Program-made: the position numbers and the translations under genes | Shown here: piece after piece, positions 59,361 through 64,000 of the stretch | How positions within the stretch are numbered: position 1 is the stretch's first letter | Layout of the letters: each line of letters begins with the position of its first letter | Assembly (NCBI GenBank): GCA_963422265.1 | Contig: OY729416.1 | Location: 320,001-384,000, forward strand | Direction of reading: 5' to 3' | Source of the DNA: Thermodesulfobacteriota bacterium | GTDB taxonomy: Bacteria; Desulfobacterota_D; UBA1144; Nemesobacterales; UBA2774 | DNA: 64,000 bases | Notes under the pieces: generated by a model | The model's database searches: none | What the model saw: only the letters and a program-made list of their open reading frames with translations | What the model was told of the DNA's origin: nothing

Positions 59361-60519
59361 AATAGCCCTCCTGACATATTCTACAAAACCTAGAGGTGGC
59401 GTTGCGCATACTTTGTCGCTTGCCAAAAGCCTTGCATCCCTTAGGCATAAAGTGGGTATTTATGCCCTTTCGTCAGGGGAGGATTTCTTCAAGCAGGTTG
59501 GCGTCCCCTATACGCTTATTCCATGTCCTAAAAGGAGTTATGAGAGCGTTGAAGAGAAGGTGAAAGACTATATAAACGTATATACGGAATATCTAGCTAA
59601 TAATGAAAAAATCTACGATATTTACCATGCAGAGGACTGCATTTCAGCAAATGCCCTTTTTAATTTGCGTGAAAGGGGAATCATTAAATTTTATGTGAGA
59701 ACAATTCATCATATAGACGATTTCACTTCAGAATCTCTCATAGATTGTCAACTGAATAGCATACTCAAGCCTGACTATTTAATAGTTGTCAGTAAGTTCT
59801 GGCAGCGTGTGCTCAGAGCTAAATACTCTTTAAGTTCTAACGTTATAAATAATGGGGTTGAAGTAGAGAAATTCAGGTGCAATGAGAAGGCGGGATCAAA
59901 AGAGATTGCTAAGGGAAAGTTCTCTGTTGAAGGTAAAAAAGTAATGTTGAGCATCGGGGGGATTGAACCTCGTAAGAATACTATTACCGCTCTTAGGGCT
60001 TTTAATATTGCCAGAGCCTATTTTAAGGCAAAAGGTGAGAAGCTCATATGGATTGTAGGTGGAGGTGAAACCCTTTTTGATTACAGGGGTTACCGTGAGG
60101 AATTTTACTTAGAAATTGATAAATTAAATCTGCTGTTGGATAGAGACGTTATTATACTTGGAAACGTGCCCGATAGCTCAATGCCTTTTCTATATGAAGC
60201 ATCAGACGTTTTTGTATTTCCCTCTCTTAAGGAAGGGTGGGGGCTCGTTGTCCAAGAAGCAATGGCGTCAGCAGTTCCTGTAATCGCTTCGGATATAGAG
60301 CCTATGACGGAGTATTTGAAGAATGGAGACAACTCAATTCTCATTGATCCTATGGACTATAAAACCCTAGCTAATGAAGTTATAAGAATTATTGAAAACA
60401 AGGAACTAAGAACAAGGATTATAAACAAGGGCAAGGAGACTGCTCAGGCGTATAGCTGGAAAAGCGCAGCTCTGAAACACTCCCGGTACTATTCGGATAT
60501 ACTATCATTTAATGTTTGA
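59347..60519 (+). CDS. GT4 glycosyltransferase, MSMEG_0565 family
   Basis: IALLTYSTKPRGGV.H.L.LA, HAEDCISANAL, RTIHH.DDF....L..CQ, GGIEPRKN, GGETLFDY and FPS.KEGWGLVV.EA motifs. Confidence 0.9.
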   Translation: MNTHRIALLTYSTKPRGGVAHTLSLAKSLASLRHKVGIYALSSGEDFFKQVGVPYTLIPCPKRSYESVEEKVKDYINVYTEYLANNEKIYDIYHAEDCISANALFNLRERGIIKFYVRTIHHIDDFTSESLIDCQLNSILKPDYLIVVSKFWQRVLRAKYSLSSNVINNGVEVEKFRCNEKAGSKEIAKGKFSVEGKKVMLSIGGIEPRKNTITALRAFNIARAYFKAKGEKLIWIVGGGETLFDYRGYREEFYLEIDKLNLLLDRDVIILGNVPDSSMPFLYEASDVFVFPSLKEGWGLVVQEAMASAVPVIASDIEPMTEYLKNGDNSILIDPMDYKTLANEVIRIIENKELRTRIINKGKETAQAYSWKSAALKHSRYYSDILSFNV

Positions 60520-60528
60520 AAGGGAATT

Positions 60529-60927
60529 ATGATAGAAGCAAAAGCCGTATGGAAGAAAAATTATCAGGTAGAGGTTAAGGCAAGACAATTTAATATAGAC
60601 GTTGACGAAGCACCTATGTTTCATGGGGATGATACTGGTATGATGCCTACAGAATTGTTTCTATCCTCGGTGGCTACGTGTTTTTGTCTTGCGCTTGTGT
60701 ACGTTGCTAGGAAACAGAACGTTGAGCTAAGTGATTTGAGAGTTAACGTAACCGGAGAGGTAAATACGAAAAACTGCACGTTTACCAGATTATTCATAAA
60801 AGTAGGGAGTTCTCTCGCTACTGAAGCATTGGAAGAGATGATAAGTGCCGCAAAGAAATACTGTTACGTTAGCAACACGGTCAATAGGTCTTGTCCCATA
60901 GAATATGATATGATAAGTGGCGTCTGA
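60529..60927 (+). CDS. OsmC/Ohr-family protein
   Basis: DE.P..HG.DTG.MPTEL.L.S.A.C and the second Cys in KKYC.VSNT. Confidence 0.85.
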   Translation: MIEAKAVWKKNYQVEVKARQFNIDVDEAPMFHGDDTGMMPTELFLSSVATCFCLALVYVARKQNVELSDLRVNVTGEVNTKNCTFTRLFIKVGSSLATEALEEMISAAKKYCYVSNTVNRSCPIEYDMISGV

Positions 60928-60949
60928 GCTTAAAGGAATGTGTGGTTTG

Positions 60950-61402
60950 ATGCGAAAGGTTATAATCAAATACGGCTACTTCCAGGATTCTCTAAGGCTA
61001 ATGCGCGTTTCAACAGTATTCAGACAAAGAAGCGGCGTAAAGAACGCGGTCGCAGTTATGGCAACGGAGAAAGCGAAACACGTGCTTGAAGACACGGGTC
61101 TTATAACGGATGAGGTTAGGGAGGCAAACGGCAGTGATTTGGTATTGGCGGTAGAGGCTAAATCCAATGAAATTGCCGAACGGGTGATAGGAGAAATGTT
61201 CAAGGAGATTTCAGCGGGTTTGCAAGCGAGCGAGGAAAATACACCTGACTTATTAAAAGATGGGCTCAGGGTTATAAACGTTGGTCTTGACGTGTTTAAG
61301 GATGCGCTTGAAGATCAAGGCGTGAAAACGGTGCACGTTAAGTGGGAAGTGCCAGCAAAGGGTGACGAAAAGATTATTGGTATTTTGAAGAAGATGTGTT
61401 AG
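60950..61402 (+). CDS. Mini-FdrA: FdrA N-terminal domain joined to the FdrA C-terminal domain
   Basis: The N-half YFQDSLRLM..S...MATE...DLVLAV aligns by eye with the first ~80 aa of 52140..53699. The C-half VINVGL..F...L..QG...VHV.W..PA.GD resembles the tail of full-length FdrA. Confidence 0.75.
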   Translation: MRKVIIKYGYFQDSLRLMRVSTVFRQRSGVKNAVAVMATEKAKHVLEDTGLITDEVREANGSDLVLAVEAKSNEIAERVIGEMFKEISAGLQASEENTPDLLKDGLRVINVGLDVFKDALEDQGVKTVHVKWEVPAKGDEKIIGILKKMC

Positions 61403-61438
61403 CTGCGAGTTGGAAGCAGCATAGTGTAGGTGTGTAAG

Positions 61439-62005
61439 ATGAGCATACGAAAACCTGAAAGACTAAAGGACGTGCTCTCAGACCCGCAAGGGCTCGCAAG
61501 GGCATTTTCAAGGCATACTTACGGTATGCTTGTATGGGTAGATTTGTTTGGCTATAAAATTCAATTTATTGAGGATGTTAGCCTCAGAGCCATTGTTACT
61601 AGAATAATCGCTGATAATGCTAAGCACGCGAAACTCTTTGCGAATAGGGCAAAGGAGATGGGGGAAACCCCCGAGGCTTATAATCCTCCTGAGATAGGTC
61701 AAAGAATCTATAATATACTTAGAAACTATGTTAACGTGTTTGATGATTTTGCTTACGCGTGGGGAGCGCTAATACATTTTTCAGCTTTGCTTGACTTGTA
61801 TAGTAGCGTTGCGGATCCCCGAAGCCGCGACGTTATCCTGCAAGTTCAAACTGACGTCATAGTGCATTTGGTGCATCTCGAACGATATTTTGCGGTGAAT
61901 GCTAACACGCAGGAAAAAAGGAAGCGGGTACAGGAGATAAAAGCGATAGTAGATAGCGCATATTCCGATAGAGAGGATGAGGAGATAAAATGGTATGCGT
62001 TGTAG
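61439..62005 (+). CDS. Ferritin-like four-helix-bundle protein with degenerate metal ligands
   Basis: All-helical; IIADNAKHA.LF..RA.E.G and VQTDVIVHL at the two positions expected for (D)ExxH. Fold inferred only. Confidence 0.55.
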   Translation: MSIRKPERLKDVLSDPQGLARAFSRHTYGMLVWVDLFGYKIQFIEDVSLRAIVTRIIADNAKHAKLFANRAKEMGETPEAYNPPEIGQRIYNILRNYVNVFDDFAYAWGALIHFSALLDLYSSVADPRSRDVILQVQTDVIVHLVHLERYFAVNANTQEKRKRVQEIKAIVDSAYSDREDEEIKWYAL

Positions 62006-62843
62006 CAAAATTCCGAGCTTTGAAGAGTTAAAAAAGCCTCTACGTTATCACGATCCAAAGTACTTTTATTTCAAACTTATTTCCTTTTTGTTAAGAGCCG
62101 TTGGAACTTTATCAGACGGGATCAGGGTCGGGTATGATTATGGTTTCGATTCAGGTGCCATAATGAACTACATATATGAAAATACACCTCACGGGCGACT
62201 TGGGATTGGAAAAAGCATTGATGCGACTTTTCTTAATCAGACGACTTGCAAGGCATTCAGGTCTATTAAGCAGATACAAAAGAACGTGATTTTAAAGTAC
62301 TTAAGTGAGAGGAATGATAGAAATACATTTATTGTAGATTTGGCTGCCGGCAACGCAGATTACATATATGACGTATTAGATGAAACTGTATCCGACGTAT
62401 CAGTTCTGCTTTGTGACATAAGTCGAGATACCCTTGCAGAAAGCAAAGCGATAGCAAGGAGACGAAACCTTGTTGATAAAATCCGTTATGAGGATGGAGA
62501 CACTCTTGATCCCGATAATCTGAGAGGCATTGAGCCTTTGCCTAACCTTGTTATTGAGGTTGGGCTTTTCGGTATCATCCATGATGATGAACGGATAAAG
62601 AAGCATATGCTTGATCTTAAAGAGATATTGAATCCGGATGCGTTTTTGTTTAACGTGCAGACATACAACGAGCAAATAGAGATCATAGCAAGAGCGCTTA
62701 AAAACCAGAAGGGAGAGCCTTGCGTCTGGCACCTACGCCCTGCCGAGCTTGTAATAAGTTGGGCGGAGGAAGCTGGCTTCAAAAATCCCGAAGTTACTAT
62801 GGATCCTTATAATATATATGCCGCTGTATTGATGAGAGCTTAA
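61995..62843 (+). CDS. Class I SAM-dependent methyltransferase (YnbC C-terminal-like)
   Basis: LSDGIR.G...GFDSG....YIY.N.P.G...IG..ID..FL, VDLAAG and GLF motifs. Confidence 0.75.
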   Translation: MRCSKIPSFEELKKPLRYHDPKYFYFKLISFLLRAVGTLSDGIRVGYDYGFDSGAIMNYIYENTPHGRLGIGKSIDATFLNQTTCKAFRSIKQIQKNVILKYLSERNDRNTFIVDLAAGNADYIYDVLDETVSDVSVLLCDISRDTLAESKAIARRRNLVDKIRYEDGDTLDPDNLRGIEPLPNLVIEVGLFGIIHDDERIKKHMLDLKEILNPDAFLFNVQTYNEQIEIIARALKNQKGEPCVWHLRPAELVISWAEEAGFKNPEVTMDPYNIYAAVLMRA

Positions 62844-62869
62844 ATCGGATCAGTTATAAAATACGGGTA

Positions 62870-64000
62870 ATGAAAAAAGAAAGATTCGTCCTAGATTGGC
62901 GATCCTCTAGTAAAAGTTCTCCATTCCTGAATGAGATTCTATCGGACAGACTTAAATCCGTTCTCGAGAGTCCTCACGGAATGTGGAACTATATGACCTA
63001 CCGCGACGCAATAGGTATGTTGGATTGCGATCCGGGAAATATATATAGGGAAGGTAGGATTGATTTGGATCCCACCGTCTGGGCTGACCTAGGATGGATG
63101 ATCTGCTATGTTGGTCCTCCCTCGAAAGCCGTTGAGGCTATGCGCGCCAATACGATTGAGGACAATATTAATCCTTACTCTCCTGATCTAATAAACCCAC
63201 TTAGGGATACTTCTGCTGAACTAAAATTTAAGCGGTGCAGGAGCAAGGATTTCGAAGTTATAGGATTAGAAGGCAGTCAGGCTGGAGTTTCTTATGTTCT
63301 ACAGTCCGTTATGAACCCGGGGGATGAAGTGATCATAACCGATCCGGGTTATTTTCATTTTGAATCATCAATTCTTATGGGGGGTGGGGTGCCAATTAGG
63401 ATTGTGCTAGATTCGAATAACGGTTTCAGACTAGAGCCCAATCAGGTAGAGGCTTGCATTACACCAAAAACGAAGGTGATTATCGTCTGTGATCCTTTGA
63501 ATCCATTCGGTTCCATCCAGACTAAAGAGGAGCTGCTTCAGATAATAGAAATCGCTAGAAAATACAACGTGATTATCATTGATGATATTACGCATAACAC
63601 CCAGCAAATAGATCCCAATTCCATGCACTATCCAATGACCTCTCTCTATAAAGAGACTAATATAGACAACGTGGTCTCAACCTTTAGCCTTTCACACGGT
63701 TACGGAATGGCTGGTGTAAGGATGGGGTTTCTCGCCGGTAATGCTGAACTAATGCGAGCGTGCCTTATAGCAAAAACCTCGCTAACTAGGCTTAATACCA
63801 ACCTTATAGCACAATACGGAGCTTTAGCCGCTCTTCAAGATAAAGATTACCTAATATACTCCCAGAACGTTATTAGGCGTAATTATAAAATAGTCAAGGA
63901 GATTATAAGGAATAACAAGGGGGTGTCCATACCCGTTGAGCCTCAGTATGGTTTCTCTATGGTTATTGACATCTCAGAAACTGGGGTATCCTCTCAAGAG
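62870..64000 (+). CDS. Fold-type I (class I/II aminotransferase-like) PLP/PMP enzyme with Lys-to-His at the cofactor site; 3'-truncated by the window and absent from the ORF track
   Basis: Manual translation is open from ATG 62870 to the window end: MKKERFVLDW...GSQAG...NPGDEVIITDPGY...VCDPLNPFG...IIIDDITH...STFSLSHGYGMAGVRMGF...AQYGALAAL...PQYGFS. Confidence 0.88.
   Translation, partial: MKKERFVLDWRSSSKSSPFLNEILSDRLKSVLESPHGMWNYMTYRDAIGMLDCDPGNIYREGRIDLDPTVWADLGWMICYVGPPSKAVEAMRANTIEDNINPYSPDLINPLRDTSAELKFKRCRSKDFEVIGLEGSQAGVSYVLQSVMNPGDEVIITDPGYFHFESSILMGGGVPIRIVLDSNNGFRLEPNQVEACITPKTKVIIVCDPLNPFGSIQTKEELLQIIEIARKYNVIIIDDITHNTQQIDPNSMHYPMTSLYKETNIDNVVSTFSLSHGYGMAGVRMGFLAGNAELMRACLIAKTSLTRLNTNLIAQYGALAALQDKDYLIYSQNVIRRNYKIVKEIIRNNKGVSIPVEPQYGFSMVIDISETGVSSQE

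Noticed and set aside
49224-60519. Selenoneine-type cluster or selenoproteins
   Set aside because: No EgtB/SenA homolog; the AIR-synthase-like protein lacks the N-terminal Cys/Sec-x-x-Lys motif of SelD; no in-frame TGA interrupts the cluster genes.

Overview
Bacterial chromosomal window, mostly AT-leaning and gene-dense. The gene order (pgpA-cinA-recA; tsaB-DUF465-ilvBNC-psd-pssA) looks deltaproteobacterial/Desulfobacterota-like, but this is inference only. Left to right: (1) the 3' part of a large adhesin with four 285-bp tandem repeats and an autotransporter-like beta-domain, which changes base composition midway; (2) housekeeping genes (SDR, apbC/mrp, sufT, an orphan nuoM, two PTPS/QueD-like genes plus folE, hemAC, a DnaQ-WYL fusion, tRNA-fMet, cstA, a HAL2-like phosphatase, an RND pump, xseB-ispA-tlyA, rpsT, holA, lipB, ndk, ogt, pgpA-cinA-recA, tsaB, ilvBNC, psd, pssA, an M16 peptidase); (3) two small defence islets: an intact m4C-type MTase beside an REase with two frameshifts, and an AccI-like R-M pair beside a decayed HEPN-MNT toxin-antitoxin pair; (4) from 47.2 kb to past the right edge, a catabolic or biosynthetic cluster of at least 19 genes. 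This cluster interleaves a Nit1C/MSMEG_0565-0572-type module (DsrE-like protein, radical SAM, GNAT, AIR-synthase/SelD-like protein, glycosyltransferase) with an FdrA/YlbE/YlbF (AllFGH-type carbamoyltransferase) plus carbamate kinase module. No nitrilase appears in the window; a divergent amidohydrolase is present instead. Several enzymes have altered catalytic motifs, most notably a fold-type I PLP enzyme, missed by the ORF track, with His in place of the Schiff-base Lys. This cluster is the best candidate for an undescribed system. All family assignments come from motif recognition by eye; no searches were run.
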